Source: Cyclobacteriaceae bacterium (GTDB lineage Bacteria; Bacteroidota; Bacteroidia; Cytophagales; Cyclobacteriaceae). From it: DNA of 64,000 nt. Below, piece by piece: positions 25,103 through 35,616 of this stretch. The notes beneath the pieces are model-generated. The model was not told the DNA's origin. It did not search any database and was given only the letters and a program-made list of their open reading frames with translations. The DNA is taken from assembly GCA_965229505.1 (NCBI GenBank), contig OZ245881.1, forward strand, positions 4,050,675 to 4,114,674, in the 5' to 3' direction. The position numbers were made by a program, and so were the translations under genes. Each line of letters opens with the position of its first letter. Positions within the stretch are counted from its first letter, which is position 1.

Positions 25103-26802
25103 ACACTATAGATCTAGTAGTACTGTTTTCGACACTTGCGCTGATCGTGGGCTATGGTGTGTGGAAGACGCGCGAGAACAGCAATATTGAAAGTTACCTT
25201 CGGGGAAACAGTAGCATGAAGTGGGGAACGATTGGTCTATCGGTAATGGCCACTCAAGCTAGCGCAATTACTTTCATTTCTACACCAGGGCAAGGATATC
25301 AGGATGGTATGGCATTCGTGCAAAACTATCTTGGCATGCCTATCGCCCTGATCATTGTCGCGACGGTATTCATACCCTTGTACTATCGACTGAAGGTCTA
25401 TACCGCCTACGAATTTCTAGAGAATAGATTTGATATAAAAACCCGAATCCTCGGAGCTACACTATTCTTAATTCAACGTGGATTGGCGGCAGGTATTACC
25501 ATTTATGCCCCGGCGATCATCCTGTCTTCAGTGCTTAAGTGGGATCTTAACTTTACTATTCTTTTGGTGGGCGGCCTTGTAATTATCTACACAGTGTCTG
25601 GAGGTACTCGCGCGGTGAGCATAACTCAAAAACAGCAAATGGGGGTTATTCTTATTGGAATGGTGGCGGCATTTCTGGTAATGCTCAACTACCTCAGTGA
25701 GTACGTGACCTTTGGGCAGGCACTCGGGATAGCAGGCAATCTTGGTAAGCTAGATGCTATTGATCTGGATTTTGATCTGGAGAAGCGATATACAATCTGG
25801 TCAGGTTTGGCGGCCGGTATTTTCCTGCAGCTGTCTTATTTCGGTACAGACCAGTCGCAGGTGGGACGCTACCTGGGAGGAAAGAATATGACGGAGAGTA
25901 AGGTTGGCCTCATGTTCAACGCCATGTTGAAGATACCGATGCAGTTCTTCATTCTACTGGTAGGAGCGATGCTTTACGTTTTTTACATTTTTTACGTGCC
26001 ACCTGTACACTTCAATCAAACGCTGCTGCAAGGAGCGAAGGAGGAGAATCAAAGAAGATATCAGAGCCTGGAGAGCTATCATTTGGATATGGGGCTTCAG
26101 CGCCTCGAATCTGGGGAGTGGATGGCCATGGCACTGAGACGCGATGATCCCGTCATGCTGGATGCTGCCACGAAGAGCTTCTATACATGGGATGCCGAGA
26201 TGAAGAAGGCAAGGACAGAGATGGAAGGCCTGATCATAGCAGCTGAGCCAGAAGCTGAAATGGATGACTCTGACTATGTCTTTCTAACCTTTATTTTGAC
26301 TTTTCTGCCGACTGGACTGGTGGGCCTTTTGATTGCAGTGATTTTCTCTGCGGCGATGAGTTCTACTTCTTCGGAGATCAACGCCTTGGCATCTACCTCA
26401 GTGGTGGACTACTATAAACGGCTTTTCAAGAAAGATGGCAGTGATAAACACTATGTGGTTATGTCAAAGCTGCTCACCTTGATCTGGGGTTTAATAGCAA
26501 TCACCTTTGCCATTTTCGCCAATAACTCGGAGAACCTTATAGAGGCGGTGAATATCGTAGGATCCTTATTTTATGGTACGATACTCGGTATTTTTCTGGT
26601 CGCCTTTTTCTTCAAGTTCATACAGGGTACGCCGGTATTTGTTGCGGCACTTATTGCTCAGGCCACAGTGATAGCATGCCATGTCCTATCGGTAAATGGC
26701 GTGATTGGCCTAGGGTATTTGTGGTATAATGTTATTGGCTGTATGTTGACGATCATCCTCGGCATAGCGCTACAGCCGATACTTGGCAAGAAGACAGCAT
26801 AA
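25099..26802 (+). CDS. Sodium:solute symporter (SSS family)
   Basis: 567 aa with about 13 or more TM helices. SSS-like motifs GTIGLSVMATQASAITFISTPG, GGTRAVSITQ, SAAMSSTSSEINAL. Confidence 0.9.
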   Translation: MNTIDLVVLFSTLALIVGYGVWKTRENSNIESYLRGNSSMKWGTIGLSVMATQASAITFISTPGQGYQDGMAFVQNYLGMPIALIIVATVFIPLYYRLKVYTAYEFLENRFDIKTRILGATLFLIQRGLAAGITIYAPAIILSSVLKWDLNFTILLVGGLVIIYTVSGGTRAVSITQKQQMGVILIGMVAAFLVMLNYLSEYVTFGQALGIAGNLGKLDAIDLDFDLEKRYTIWSGLAAGIFLQLSYFGTDQSQVGRYLGGKNMTESKVGLMFNAMLKIPMQFFILLVGAMLYVFYIFYVPPVHFNQTLLQGAKEENQRRYQSLESYHLDMGLQRLESGEWMAMALRRDDPVMLDAATKSFYTWDAEMKKARTEMEGLIIAAEPEAEMDDSDYVFLTFILTFLPTGLVGLLIAVIFSAAMSSTSSEINALASTSVVDYYKRLFKKDGSDKHYVVMSKLLTLIWGLIAITFAIFANNSENLIEAVNIVGSLFYGTILGIFLVAFFFKFIQGTPVFVAALIAQATVIACHVLSVNGVIGLGYLWYNVIGCMLTIILGIALQPILGKKTA

Positions 26803-26810
26803 GCATCGTA

Positions 26811-27410
26811 TTGAAACTTCCGATTGACTTTTACCTGAGAGCAGATGTAGTTGAGATAGCGAAGGATCTACTTGGAAAAACCCTCGTGACTAATATCGAT
26901 CATACCTACACCTCGGGCATGATCGTAGAGACGGAAGCCTATTGCGGTAGCAACGATAAGGCTAGTCACGCCAATAATGGCAAGCGAACAGCACGAACTG
27001 AAGTAGCCTTTGGAACCGGAGGAGTAGCCTATGTGTACCTTTGTTACGGTATCCATCATCTCTTCAATGTGGTGGTTAACGGGCAGGATAAGGCCGACGT
27101 GGTGCTCATCAGGGCTATCCAACCTCTGGAGGGAAGTGAAGCGATGGCACTCCGGCGAAATATGTCCGCCGAGAAATTCCAGCTGACAGCCGGGCCCGGT
27201 GCATTGACACAGGCCATGGGTATCAAGACGGCCATGACCGGCACTTCACTTTTGGGCGACAGCATCTGGATTGAGGATGGCGGTATTGCGGTAGCGAATG
27301 AAATGATAAAAACAGGAACAAGAGTAGGTGTGGGATATGCCGAGGAGGATGCATTGAAACCTTGGCGGATTAGTATTAGGGATAATCCATGGGTAAGCAA
27401 AGCAAAGTAA
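26811..27410 (+). CDS. mpg: DNA-3-methyladenine glycosylase (AAG/Mpg family), TTG start
   Basis: GMIVETEAYCG..D.ASHA, GVAYVYLCYGIHHLFNVV, LIRAIQP motifs. Confidence 0.85.
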   Translation: MKLPIDFYLRADVVEIAKDLLGKTLVTNIDHTYTSGMIVETEAYCGSNDKASHANNGKRTARTEVAFGTGGVAYVYLCYGIHHLFNVVVNGQDKADVVLIRAIQPLEGSEAMALRRNMSAEKFQLTAGPGALTQAMGIKTAMTGTSLLGDSIWIEDGGIAVANEMIKTGTRVGVGYAEEDALKPWRISIRDNPWVSKAK

Positions 27411-27411
27411 G

Positions 27412-28335
27412 ATGTCAATAGCGATCATAGCGCCAACAAGAGATACTACTATTTGGAAAGACGGAATGCTCTCTTTAGATCTGACGCTGGATATCCGAAC
27501 GTATCCCGAACTTGGGGACCGTGAGGAAATTACCTGTGCGGTGGTGTGGAATCATCCTCGTGGAATATTGGCGGAGTTTCCGTCACTGAAACTGATCTGC
27601 TCGATGGGGGCGGGGGTAGATCATATCATCTCTGACCTTGACATACCGGCTCACGTACCGATTACGAAGATTGTGGATGATCGCCTGAGCTTTTCGATGA
27701 GCAACTATATCGTCATGGCAGTACTCCACCGCCATCGCAGATGGGACAAGTACATGCAGGATAAGGCCCATCAGGTGTGGGATCAGGCAGCTAATCCCGA
27801 GATTGACATACAGATTGGCATTATGGGGTTTGGCACGCTAGGTCAGGATGCAGGGCAGAAGTTAACCGCACTTGGGTTTGAAGTGCATGGCCTTAGCAGG
27901 AAAAAAGTCACCTTCGAAGGCATACAGACCTACGGCGAAGAGGAACTCAACCTATTTCTTAGCCGTATCAATGTACTCATTTGTCTCCTTCCTCTCGTAC
28001 CCGAAAATGTAGGAATCCTCAACTATGAACTTTTCCAGAAAATGAACCACGGAACCTACCTCATTAATGTAGCCAGAGGCAAACATCAAGTAGGTGAGGA
28101 TATCAAAGCAGCGTTAGATGAAGGCTTGCTGTCAGGAGCATTCCTTGATGTATTTGAGGAGGAGCCACTACCGAAAGGTCACTGGATGTGGTCGCATCCT
28201 GACGTGCAAATCAGTCCACACAATGCCAGCCTCACCAATCCCACAGCTGCCATTCCGCAGATCGTGGATAACTATCGACGGGCAATGGCAGGAGACAAAC
28301 TTGCGAACCAGATTGATCGAGAGAAGGGATATTAG
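27412..28335 (+). CDS. ghrA: D-2-hydroxyacid dehydrogenase, glyoxylate/hydroxypyruvate reductase A-like
   Basis: Looks collinear with E. coli GhrA as I recall it: VVWNHP, MGAGVDHI, IGIMGFGTLG, LINVARG, LDVFEEEPLP, ISPHNAS, and the ending REKGY. Confidence 0.75.
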   Translation: MSIAIIAPTRDTTIWKDGMLSLDLTLDIRTYPELGDREEITCAVVWNHPRGILAEFPSLKLICSMGAGVDHIISDLDIPAHVPITKIVDDRLSFSMSNYIVMAVLHRHRRWDKYMQDKAHQVWDQAANPEIDIQIGIMGFGTLGQDAGQKLTALGFEVHGLSRKKVTFEGIQTYGEEELNLFLSRINVLICLLPLVPENVGILNYELFQKMNHGTYLINVARGKHQVGEDIKAALDEGLLSGAFLDVFEEEPLPKGHWMWSHPDVQISPHNASLTNPTAAIPQIVDNYRRAMAGDKLANQIDREKGY

Positions 28336-28381
28336 AATAGTTTCTGCTTAAATTGTGATCTCACCAGATCCAATTTTGAGC

Positions 28382-29641
28382 ATGAAAAAGACAGCATTCT
28401 TTCTGATATTCATCGTTGCACTATGCGCAAGCAGCGTGAGTGTGGCACAAGAGTCTACAGCCAATTTCAATTGGCAGGAAGCCACCCAAGCCTATCTGGA
28501 CACCATGTCCCCGGAGCAAAAGGCTAAATCCGACTCGTACTTCGAAGGTGGCTATTGGCTCATGCTTTGGAATTTCCTCTTTGGGCTGTTCGTAGCTTGG
28601 CTGCTACTCGCCAAAGGACTGTCAAACTGGATGTATCAGAATGCTCAGAAGATTTCTGGTAAGACTAACCTCGTTAACCTATTCTATGTCATTCAGTACA
28701 TATTGGTTACTTTCCTGATAGGCTACCCGCTGAGTCTTTATGAGGATTTTTTCAGAGAGCATCAGTATGAGTTGTCTAACCTGACTTTCGGGGCATGGAT
28801 GGGTGAGCAAGCGAAAGGCTTGATCATAAGCATTATCCTCTTGAGCCTACTGGTGATGCTCCTGTATATGGCCATGAGAAAGGCAAAGGAGCAATGGTGG
28901 CTTTGGGGTACCGGAGGCAGTTTGATCTTTTTGTTGATCATTATGTTTTTAGCACCGGTGTTCCTCGCACCGCTCTTCAATACCTACTACCCGCTCAAAG
29001 ACGAGGTAGTCAAGGCTGACATTCTATCCATGGCAAGGGCCAATGATGTGCCCGTCGATAACGTTTACCAGTTTGATGCGTCAAAGCAGAGCAAGCGCAT
29101 CAGTGCCAATGTAAGCGGGATAGGCAGTACCATCAGGATATCACTCAATGACAACCTTCTCAACAGATGCAGCAAGGAGGAGGTGAAGGCGGTAATGGGT
29201 CATGAGCTGGGTCACTATGTCCTCAACCACTCTTACAAAGGCATCATGAGCTTTGGAATACTCATCTTATTATGCTTTGCTTTTGTGCAGTGGGCTTACC
29301 AGAAAATGATCGAGAAGTACGGTGCACAATGGCATATTGACGGCATCTCGGATATCAGAGCATTTCCACTGTTTGTAGCATTGTTCAGTGTTTTCTTCTT
29401 CTTAGCCACGCCATTTACCAATACGATTATTCGCACGCAGGAAATGGAGTCTGATATTTTTGGACTGAACGCCGCACGTGAGCCGGATGGTTTTGCTTCT
29501 ACCGCAATCAAATTATCTGAGTACCGCAAGATTGACCCTGGCTATTGGGAGGAGATTCTCTTTTTTGATCACCCTAGCGGAAGGGTCAGAGTAGAGACAG
29601 CCATGAAATGGAAGGCTGAGAATCTTCAAGGCGGAAATTAA
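28382..29641 (+). CDS. M48 family (Ste24/HtpX-like) zinc metallopeptidase
   Basis: HELGHYVLNH zinc motif, multiple TM helices, downstream E (MESDIFG). Confidence 0.85.
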   Translation: MKKTAFFLIFIVALCASSVSVAQESTANFNWQEATQAYLDTMSPEQKAKSDSYFEGGYWLMLWNFLFGLFVAWLLLAKGLSNWMYQNAQKISGKTNLVNLFYVIQYILVTFLIGYPLSLYEDFFREHQYELSNLTFGAWMGEQAKGLIISIILLSLLVMLLYMAMRKAKEQWWLWGTGGSLIFLLIIMFLAPVFLAPLFNTYYPLKDEVVKADILSMARANDVPVDNVYQFDASKQSKRISANVSGIGSTIRISLNDNLLNRCSKEEVKAVMGHELGHYVLNHSYKGIMSFGILILLCFAFVQWAYQKMIEKYGAQWHIDGISDIRAFPLFVALFSVFFFLATPFTNTIIRTQEMESDIFGLNAAREPDGFASTAIKLSEYRKIDPGYWEEILFFDHPSGRVRVETAMKWKAENLQGGN

Positions 29642-29763
29642 CACTTGTGGTGGCTAAGGCCTTCTCTTTATTAGTGACAAATATCATCAAGTACCAAAAG
29701 GCCTCCTAATCCTTTGCTAACTCCGCTGGGAAACTTTAATTTCAAATAGACAATTGAAAGCCC

Positions 29764-30591
29764 ATGAATATCCTCTGTCCAATCGACTTTTCTGATACCT
29801 CACTTAATGCACTGGAGTATGCCGTAAGAATAGGAGAGAAGCACGACGCTCGCCTCATTATGCTTTATGTTTTCAGCGAAGAGGAATTTAATAAGCGGCT
29901 AACCACAGAGGAGGTTAAGTCCTTTGGAGAATACAGCGATGAAGCCAGTAGTCAGTTGGTAGAAATTGCTAAAAAACTAGGGAAACGTAAAAAGGGCTGT
30001 CAGATCGATTGGAGAGTGGAGCCGGGCAAGTTCATGCCGGCTGTCAATCAGATCATCAATGATGAGGGAATTGACCTATTGGTCATGGGTACTAAAGGAG
30101 CTAGTGATGTGTTTGATGCATTTTCGGGTACGCAAACAATAAAAATCATCGAAGAAGTAGAAATACCGGTGCTGGCCGTACCCAAAAATGCCAACTACGA
30201 AAGAATTGATCATGCCGTCTATGCCTCGGACTATGCAGAAGAGGATAAAATTGCTATTAAATCCATGATCGAGCTGTTGGCACCTTTCAAGCCTAAATAT
30301 ACCATCCTTCATATGTCCAGGAAAGATAGTACCGTGAGTCAGGCCATCTACGATGAAAACAGACAGGAACTAGATGCTTTTCTGAAAGAATCCAATCTGG
30401 AATATCATCGATCTACCTATGAATCCAGTGTGGCATTGGGTATTGACGAATTTATGATGCGGGAAAAAGCTGAGTTGTTAGCTGTACTAATGGAGAAACG
30501 CAATTTCATCGAGCGCATATTTCACACAAGTGTGACCAGGAAGCTTTCTTATCTTATGGACTTTCCACTGCTCGTATACAAGAAAGCCTGA
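29764..30591 (+). CDS. Universal stress protein (tandem Usp domains)
   Basis: MNILCPIDFSDTSLNALEYA; DLLVMGTKGAS; second repeat with ILHM. Confidence 0.8.
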   Translation: MNILCPIDFSDTSLNALEYAVRIGEKHDARLIMLYVFSEEEFNKRLTTEEVKSFGEYSDEASSQLVEIAKKLGKRKKGCQIDWRVEPGKFMPAVNQIINDEGIDLLVMGTKGASDVFDAFSGTQTIKIIEEVEIPVLAVPKNANYERIDHAVYASDYAEEDKIAIKSMIELLAPFKPKYTILHMSRKDSTVSQAIYDENRQELDAFLKESNLEYHRSTYESSVALGIDEFMMREKAELLAVLMEKRNFIERIFHTSVTRKLSYLMDFPLLVYKKA

Positions 30592-30648
30592 TTCTGATCG
30601 TAGTTACTCAATAGGGAAGAAGTGACGATTGGGATATGGCATAAAAAA

Positions 30649-30671
30649 GCCCCGGTTCCTGAGGCCGGGGC
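30649..30671. terminator. GC-rich hairpin between the usp and ompA-family genes
   Basis: GCCCCGG (30649-30655) / CCGGGGC (30665-30671). It has an A-run upstream and no T-run downstream, so strand assignment is ambiguous. Confidence 0.4.
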
Positions 30672-30807
30672 AACACAATATTCATACCCTAAAGACAAAG
30701 TCCTAAATATTTTTATAATTCAAATGTATAGTGAAATAGTTATGTTTCAAAACTAAAGTAGTGATAAAGTAAAATTTAATATTAAAATAATTATAAATAC
30801 TGAGCCG

Positions 30808-32418
30808 ATGGAATTGGCTAATTTTGAGCTTATGAGGTTAAAAGTATGTCTGATTTGGTGTGTAAGTGCTTTATTGTCTTTCGACGCTTTAGCACAGTTT
30901 GAGGTATTTACTGCCCAGCAAAATATGGGCACGGAGATTAACTCACCTTACTACGAGATCAACCCTGTGATGAATGCAGATGGCAGTGCGCTCTACTTCA
31001 ACCGTCGATACCATCCCGGGAATATCGGAGGGGTCGACGATCCTGCCGATATATGGATAAGTGAGCTACAGGAAGATGGATCCTGGACGGTGGCCAGAAA
31101 TGCCGGTGAACCTCTCAATGACGAAACCGAGAACCTATTGATTGGTTTTATGGATGATGGAAAAGCGTTACTCACACATCATCAGAATGGTTTTGCCTTC
31201 TCTTATTACCTCAATGGGCAATGGCTCAAACCTTCGCCGTTTAATGTACCCTTCTTTAGCAATAGAGGGCCTGAGAAATGGGGCTCGGTATCCCAAAACG
31301 GCCGCTATATCGTATTTGCGATAGAGTCGTTTGGTACCTATGGGGTAGAGGATCTCTATGTAACCCAACTGCGACCGGACGGAAGCTGGTCCTCCTTGAA
31401 AAACCTGGGCAATGTGATCAATACCCGATTTCAGGAGGTCACTCCTATGCTTGCACCTGACAACAGGACTTTGTTCTTTGCGAGCAATGGACATGATGGT
31501 ATCGGCAGTTTCGATATATTCAAATCAGAACGTCTTGATGATAGCTGGAGGAAGTGGTCTGAGCCTGAGAACCTTGGAGCTTTGATTAACACCGATGGAG
31601 CAGATATGAGCTTTAGCTTTTTGCCAGATAGTGAATACGCCTTCATGACATCTACGATAGATAGTGAAGGTTATAGCGACATCAAGCGGGTGCGGATAAG
31701 TTCCAAGTTTAAAATCGATACAACCAAACTTGAGCGCTCAGAGCCGGTGGCTGTGAGGACACTTCCCAATCCTGAAGAGACGGCAACAAGTGAATTATCG
31801 CTAGATGATATCATGTACTACAGCGGAGTGATCCTTAACAGAAAGGATAGAAGTCCCATTGTCGGAGACGTAAGGTTTGAAGGTGATGGTGGCTTGGTCA
31901 TCGAAGCAAAGAGCTTTGTGGATGGACAGTTCAAAGTGGAACTTCCCAAAGATCATATATGGGAGATGACTATAGTGGCTGAGAATTATCTGAAAGTAGA
32001 TAGCACATTTGAGGTAGGTGAGTCCTATGATGAGCAACAAATCAATGCTTTCTACCTGGAGCCGTTGACTGTTGGTAACAAGATTCAGTTAAGCAATGTG
32101 CTGTTCTATAGAGGATCGGCCAACCTTGTCGAAGGATCAGAGAAGGAGATCCAGCTTCTGGCGGAGACCATGCGCCAAAATCCGAGAATGGAGATATTCC
32201 TGGAAGGCCACACGGACAACCGTGGCAACTTTGACCTTAACCTTGAACTCTCGCAACAGCGCGTAGCTGTTGTTCAGGATCAATTGATCAGAATGGGAGT
32301 GGATGCTTCCAGAATTGATGGAAAAGGCTATGGAGGAACCAGGCCAATCGCCAGCAACGATGCAGAACGTACCCGTATGCTCAACCGCCGTGTAGAGTTT
32401 ACGGTAGTCAAAAACTAG
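30808..32418 (+). CDS. OmpA family protein with TolB-like beta-propeller repeats
   Basis: Repeated 'SP..s.DG..LYF' type units. The C-terminal OmpA domain has LEGHTDNRGNFDLNLELSQQRV and NRRVEFTV. Confidence 0.8.
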   Translation: MELANFELMRLKVCLIWCVSALLSFDALAQFEVFTAQQNMGTEINSPYYEINPVMNADGSALYFNRRYHPGNIGGVDDPADIWISELQEDGSWTVARNAGEPLNDETENLLIGFMDDGKALLTHHQNGFAFSYYLNGQWLKPSPFNVPFFSNRGPEKWGSVSQNGRYIVFAIESFGTYGVEDLYVTQLRPDGSWSSLKNLGNVINTRFQEVTPMLAPDNRTLFFASNGHDGIGSFDIFKSERLDDSWRKWSEPENLGALINTDGADMSFSFLPDSEYAFMTSTIDSEGYSDIKRVRISSKFKIDTTKLERSEPVAVRTLPNPEETATSELSLDDIMYYSGVILNRKDRSPIVGDVRFEGDGGLVIEAKSFVDGQFKVELPKDHIWEMTIVAENYLKVDSTFEVGESYDEQQINAFYLEPLTVGNKIQLSNVLFYRGSANLVEGSEKEIQLLAETMRQNPRMEIFLEGHTDNRGNFDLNLELSQQRVAVVQDQLIRMGVDASRIDGKGYGGTRPIASNDAERTRMLNRRVEFTVVKN

Positions 32419-32443
32419 CAGCTCGCAGGCCAAGTAGATTGGA

Positions 32444-33256
32444 CTAATCTACGATCTGAAGCCCGTGCAACTTGCTCACATCAAGGCTCGGTTTGTTCGG
32501 AGCTGCGAAGCTGAGTCCATAGAGGCCGATTCCTTTCCCTGACAGCTGTGCCTGGAGTTGTGGGTTCGTAGAGGCTCTGTAGATTTTATACTTGAACGCT
32601 CCGTCCTCAAAGACGCCTAGTTTAGCATCCGTAAATGCAGGTGCAATATCAAGAAGACTGGTGTATTTGCTTAAGCTGTCTTTGAAGTCCAACGCCAACT
32701 GATGTATGGCCGAAACACCCAAAATACCATTGGCGTGCTGTGTAGCTGTGCCTGGCAGTTCTCCCTTGGGTGTGTAATCCGACCTGAGGAAGGGTAGGTC
32801 GGCTATATAGGGTGCGAACATCTTCCAACTGACTTTACTGCCATCGGGCTTCTTTCGACCAGCATGCAGCATATCTGTAAGGAAGATACCTTCTTTTTGA
32901 ATGCGTGAATAGGCCGATGATGGATCATCTACTAGCAAACAAAAATCGGTCACCCCCTCTGGCTGTTCGATGGCTCTATTGTAGAAGCGATAGGCGACAC
33001 CATATTTGGGGGAGTACTGCCATTTTTTGAAAAGTTTGCTGCCATGGAGCATCCTAAGCACTTTGGCACTAAGACTCTTCCGCATGGTCAGCAGCTCTAT
33101 GAAGCTACCATCTTGAAAGAATATGAGGTTGTTTTCTGAAACTCCTTTGAAGTGAACACCTCCGGGCGTTACAGTGAAACCTTGATCCTGGAAGTCTATA
33201 GTAGCTTGTGGCAGGTCGTGTACGACGTGCACCACATGATCGAATTTCGTAGACAT
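32444..33256 (-). CDS. VOC/glyoxalase-like domain protein
   Basis: FDHVVHVVHDLPQATIDFQDQGFTVTPGGVH...NNLIFFQDGSFIELL matches the Glyoxalase_3-type N-terminus. Confidence 0.6.
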   Translation of the reverse strand: MSTKFDHVVHVVHDLPQATIDFQDQGFTVTPGGVHFKGVSENNLIFFQDGSFIELLTMRKSLSAKVLRMLHGSKLFKKWQYSPKYGVAYRFYNRAIEQPEGVTDFCLLVDDPSSAYSRIQKEGIFLTDMLHAGRKKPDGSKVSWKMFAPYIADLPFLRSDYTPKGELPGTATQHANGILGVSAIHQLALDFKDSLSKYTSLLDIAPAFTDAKLGVFEDGAFKYKIYRASTNPQLQAQLSGKGIGLYGLSFAAPNKPSLDVSKLHGLQIVD

Positions 33257-33336
33257 GAGTTGGGTTTTGAGTTTGACTCTCTCAATTTACGCATTACGAA
33301 CTAACTGGTTATCAACTGCTGTACCAGGAATCAAAT

Positions 33337-35043
33337 TTAATAGCCAACTGCCACGCCACCATTTCTCGTGTAATCACTCGCTCCTTCCAGTGTACCATCG
33401 CTCCTTACCAGAATACAGTCCATCTTTCCGATCTGTCCTCGTTCTGTGATCTCATGTCCCATAGCAGCAAGACCTTCTATGGTTTCTTGTCCAAAGGCGT
33501 CTTTTTCCAGCATGACCACATCAGGTAGCCATTGATGATGATATTTCTTTGCATTCACAGCTTCCTGCATAGTCATGCCATGATCTATTATATTGACGAT
33601 AGTCTGATATACAGCGGTAATGATCGTACTGCCGCCCGGGGTGCCCACCACCATCAGGAGCTCACCATCTTTTTCTACGATAGTAGGTGTCATAGAGGAA
33701 AGCATTCGCTTTTCAGGTTGGATTGCGTTCGCGTCATTGCCAATCAACCCAAACTGATTGGGAACACCGGGCTTAGCGCTAAAGTCATCCATCTCGTTGT
33801 TAAGAAAGAAGCCCGCGCCATCTACCAGCACTTTGTTGCCATAGTAGCTATTCAGCGTGGTGGTGATGGATACTGCATTCCCGGCTTCATCTACTATGGA
33901 AAAGTGGGTGGTCTCGATACTTTCGATGACGTCTACTTGGCCTTCTTTAATTTCAGCTGAAGGTGTTTTTTGGTCAGGACTAATGTCAGAGAACCTATCG
34001 GAATTGTAATTCGCGCTGAGTAGCATATCTACCGGAACATCATAATGGTCAGGGTCGCCGAGGTAGGTGGCGCGATCTGCGTAGACCCTACGCGATAGCT
34101 CCACCATGGTGTGCAGGGTCTCGGGCGAGTTGTGGCCCATGCTCTTGAAGTCATAGTTAGCCGAACCCTGGAACAACTGTAGGAGGGCAACACCACCACT
34201 AGATGGGGGAGGCATAGAGATGATCTTGTGTCCTTTATAGTCACCGATCACAGGCTTTCTCCATACGGCCGTATAGGCATCCAGATCTTCCTGGGTGATA
34301 AGCCCATTGCCCTCTTTCATCTCGGCAAGGATAAGCGCTGCAGTTTTACCTTCATAGAAGCCAGCCCGACCGTTATCACGAATCAAAGCCATCGTTTCGG
34401 CAAGTCCCTCATGGATAACTGTGTCTGTAGGTTGCCAGTCTCTCACGAGATAGGAGTCTGGCCCATTGTACTTGGCAAAGGCTTCCTGCATCCTCATGAA
34501 ATTAGCAGCTCCACGTTCCTCTGCGACATAGCCATTTTCTGCTAAGTCTACGGATGGCTGGACAAGTGTCGCCCAATCGATTTTCCCATATTTTGCATGA
34601 AGCTGCACCATCCCGTCCACAGAACCTGGCACACCAGCAGCAAGATGACCTACTCGACTAAGATCTGTAATCACCTCACCATTTTCGTCCTGGTACATGG
34701 TTTCGGCAGCAGCAAGAGGGGCTTTCTCACGAAAATCTAGTGCGTCGGTTGTCCCGTCACTCGTTCTGATCACAGCAAAGCCACCACCTCCGATGTTACC
34801 AGCCTCCGGATAGACCACTGCTAGCGCAAATTGCACAGCAACCGCAGCGTCAAAGGCATTGCCACCCTTCATCAAAATATCTTTTCCAACTTCACTGGCC
34901 AGTTGATGCACAGATGAAACCATGGCTTTTTCACCAATTGTCCCTGTGAGTGTGGGCTGTTCATCTTCAACTCCCGAAGGATTGGTGCAGCCTATTAAAA
35001 CAAGTAAAATGATTGACCAGGAGAGGAGGGAGCTACGCAGCAT
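33337..35043 (-). CDS. ggt: Gamma-glutamyltransferase
   Basis: Autoprocessing site ETTHFSIVD. GGGGFAVIR, PPPSSGG, GTPGGSTII. Signal/lipobox-like N-terminus. Confidence 0.92.
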   Translation of the reverse strand: MLRSSLLSWSIILLVLIGCTNPSGVEDEQPTLTGTIGEKAMVSSVHQLASEVGKDILMKGGNAFDAAVAVQFALAVVYPEAGNIGGGGFAVIRTSDGTTDALDFREKAPLAAAETMYQDENGEVITDLSRVGHLAAGVPGSVDGMVQLHAKYGKIDWATLVQPSVDLAENGYVAEERGAANFMRMQEAFAKYNGPDSYLVRDWQPTDTVIHEGLAETMALIRDNGRAGFYEGKTAALILAEMKEGNGLITQEDLDAYTAVWRKPVIGDYKGHKIISMPPPSSGGVALLQLFQGSANYDFKSMGHNSPETLHTMVELSRRVYADRATYLGDPDHYDVPVDMLLSANYNSDRFSDISPDQKTPSAEIKEGQVDVIESIETTHFSIVDEAGNAVSITTTLNSYYGNKVLVDGAGFFLNNEMDDFSAKPGVPNQFGLIGNDANAIQPEKRMLSSMTPTIVEKDGELLMVVGTPGGSTIITAVYQTIVNIIDHGMTMQEAVNAKKYHHQWLPDVVMLEKDAFGQETIEGLAAMGHEITERGQIGKMDCILVRSDGTLEGASDYTRNGGVAVGY

Positions 35044-35155
35044 GATTCAACTTTTTGACAATGATACAAATAAGTTGTGTTGTCATCATCCATAAATGCC
35101 ATCCATGATGAACCGTGAAGCTAGCAGAGTGCCAGCGTTATCCAATCATATGAGA

Positions 35156-35335
35156 TTAGGGCACCTTTTTCCTGACAATCTTAGTGCGTTTTTTGTATCT
35201 ATCTTTTTTTGGATTGAAATAGCTAAATCTTGACTTGGGTTTAACTGTCTTGACAGAATGCGAATATTTGCCACATGCGGGCAGTAGAAATAGAAGTAGA
35301 ATGGAATAGATGAAGTACTTTCTCAGATGCCGCAT
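35156..35335 (-). CDS. Unannotated 59-aa putative lipoprotein with a highly basic tail
   Basis: My codon-by-codon translation is MRHLRKYFIYSILLLFLLPACGKYSHSVKTVKPKSRFSYFNPKKDRYKKRTKIVRKKVP. It has a positive n-region, a hydrophobic core and an LLPAC lipobox-like site. A perfect TAATTTTG -7 box (minus strand, 35351-35344) lies 8 nt upstream. It is one residue under the ORF-track cutoff. Confidence 0.4.
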   Translation of the reverse strand: MRHLRKYFIYSILLLFLLPACGKYSHSVKTVKPKSRFSYFNPKKDRYKKRTKIVRKKVP

Positions 35336-35378
35336 AGAGCCTTCAAAATTAGGAGTGCTTAGTCAACTAACAGTCAAA

Positions 35379-35404
35379 CCGGAAGATTATTTTGAACCTT
35401 CCGG
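35379..35404 (-). terminator. Candidate terminator hairpin downstream of sulP
   Basis: Minus strand: CCGGAAG, 12-nt loop, CTTCCGG, then TTTG. The T-tail is weak. It lies about 210 nt after the sulP stop. Confidence 0.35.
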
Positions 35405-35616
35405 GCATACCAGCAATAAAAGAGTCGACTTAGCTAGTCTCTAGCTTATACACATCCTTGCTGCTGGCTGATTAGCTTAATCTCGGAAATGATATCTCGA
35501 AACTTGATCGTTTCTTGAAGTCATTGATGGCCTCCGTTAATCATTATCAAACTGATGCATATGGAGGTATTATTTCTGAATGAGGATTCATAAACAAATC
35601 TTTGATTCTTAACGCA

